Of a stretch of 64,000 nucleotides of DNA, positions 63,064-64,000 are shown piece by piece. The stretch spans positions 33,688 through 97,687 of the forward strand of contig JAAXXR010000001.1 of the NCBI GenBank assembly GCA_013334335.1, given 5' to 3'. The notes below the pieces were generated by a model, which searched no databases, had not been told where the DNA came from, and saw nothing but the letters and a program-made list of their open reading frames with translations. Both the position numbers and the translations under genes were made by a program. Every line of letters begins with the position of its first letter. The first letter of the stretch is position 1. Origin of the DNA: Chlorobiaceae bacterium. GTDB taxonomy: Bacteria; Bacteroidota; Chlorobiia; Chlorobiales; Chlorobiaceae.

Positions 63064-64000
63064 TTATCCGAAACTCTTCTCGTTCATGAATCCCCTGCCG
63101 ACAAGCAGGTCGAAAATCACACGGGTCACCACGATGGCCGTGAAAAGGCTGGCCCCGGTACCGATCATCAGCGTCACGGCAAACCCCTGGATAGGACCAA
63201 CCCCGAACTGTGACAGCAGAAATGCTGCGGCAAGCGTCGTGACATGAGAGTCGAGGATGGAGGAAAAGGCCCTGTTGTAACCGGCATCGATAGCTGAATT
63301 CAGCAGTTTGCCCTCCCCAAGCTCTTCGCGGATCCGCTCATAGATCAGCACATTGGCGTCGACGGCCATACCCATCGTCAACACGATACCGGCGATTCCG
63401 GGAAGTGAAAGCGAAGCCTTGAAACCGGCGAGCACTGAAATGACGATGAGAATGTTGAGCACCAGCGCGAGGTCGGCGGCAATCCCCGCCTTGTTGTAAT
63501 AGAAGATCATGAAGATCGCAACGGCGGTGAACCCCCAGATGAGTGACTGGAGACCTGCCCGGATATAGTCGGAACCGAGGGAGGGGCCTACCGTTCGCTC
63601 CTCGAGGATCCTGACTGGAGCTGGCAAGGCGCCCGCCTTGAGGATGATCTCGAGATCCTTCGCCTCATCGAGACTGGTAATCCCGTTGATCACCGAATTG
63701 CCGTTCGGAATACGAGACTGCACCACCGGTGCGCTGTAGACGGCGCCATCCAGCACGATGGCGATCTGCTTGCCGATGTTGGCGCCGGTGATGCGGGCCC
63801 ATTTGGAGGTACCCTCCTCATTCATCGACATGCTCACTTCAGGCTGGACGCTCTCGGTGCCGAATGTTGCCTTTGCTTCCGTGATCACCCCGCCGGTCAG
63901 TTCCGGACTCTTCTTGACCAGAAAGATCGGATAGTATTTTTCACCCTTTTCAGTCTGCTCCGGCTTTGCGGCCAGGAGCAGTTCGGTGTCCTGGGGCAGA
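63064..64000 (-). CDS. secD: Protein translocase subunit SecD (C-terminal part; N-terminus beyond the window)
   Basis: The frame stays open to the window edge. SecD periplasmic and TM motifs. Confidence 0.88.
   Translation of the reverse strand, partial: LPQDTELLLAAKPEQTEKGEKYYPIFLVKKSPELTGGVITEAKATFGTESVQPEVSMSMNEEGTSKWARITGANIGKQIAIVLDGAVYSAPVVQSRIPNGNSVINGITSLDEAKDLEIILKAGALPAPVRILEERTVGPSLGSDYIRAGLQSLIWGFTAVAIFMIFYYNKAGIAADLALVLNILIVISVLAGFKASLSLPGIAGIVLTMGMAVDANVLIYERIREELGEGKLLNSAIDAGYNRAFSSILDSHVTTLAAAFLLSQFGVGPIQGFAVTLMIGTGASLFTAIVVTRVIFDLLVGRGFMNEKSFG

Overview
Densely coding, GC-rich 64-kb chromosomal window. Gene content and order match a green sulfur bacterium (Chlorobiaceae-type). 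Minus strand, 33.2-49.4 kb: a complete oxidative dsr locus in the order rhd-tusA-dsrN-C-A-B-L-(U)-E-F-H-T-M-K-J-O-P-V-W. Minus strand, 17.9-24.3 kb: a second sulfur module with a Tat-less SoeA-like molybdoenzyme, a fused 4Fe-4S/NrfD subunit, TauE/SafE, DUF1634 and a DsrE-family protein (the PSRLC3-type complex). Other content: an iorAB-paaK-ACT-aminotransferase arylacetate module; a sigma54 enhancer-binding protein divergent from a tolC-usp-emrA-emrB efflux operon that carries a textbook -24/-12 promoter; GTP-PEPCK; atpDC with a truncated epsilon; bchP; and housekeeping genes (glyQS, gyrB, rnhB, yraN, rng, dapD, ctp, surA-like, secDF). There is one tRNA-Thr(CGU). I saw no rRNA, CRISPR array, transposase, integrase or prophage signal. 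The strongest signal not explained by genes is a 22-bp AT-only imperfect palindrome (TATA-TAACTA-N2-YAGTWA-TATA). It sits upstream of all three sulfur transcription units. A related promoter-like copy faces a 550-bp unannotated gap. Also worth attention: a small uncharacterised CDS in the dsrL-dsrE gap, and the long structured leader of the soe-like operon. All calls rest on reading the sequence, the ORF translations and remembered family motifs. No database search was run.
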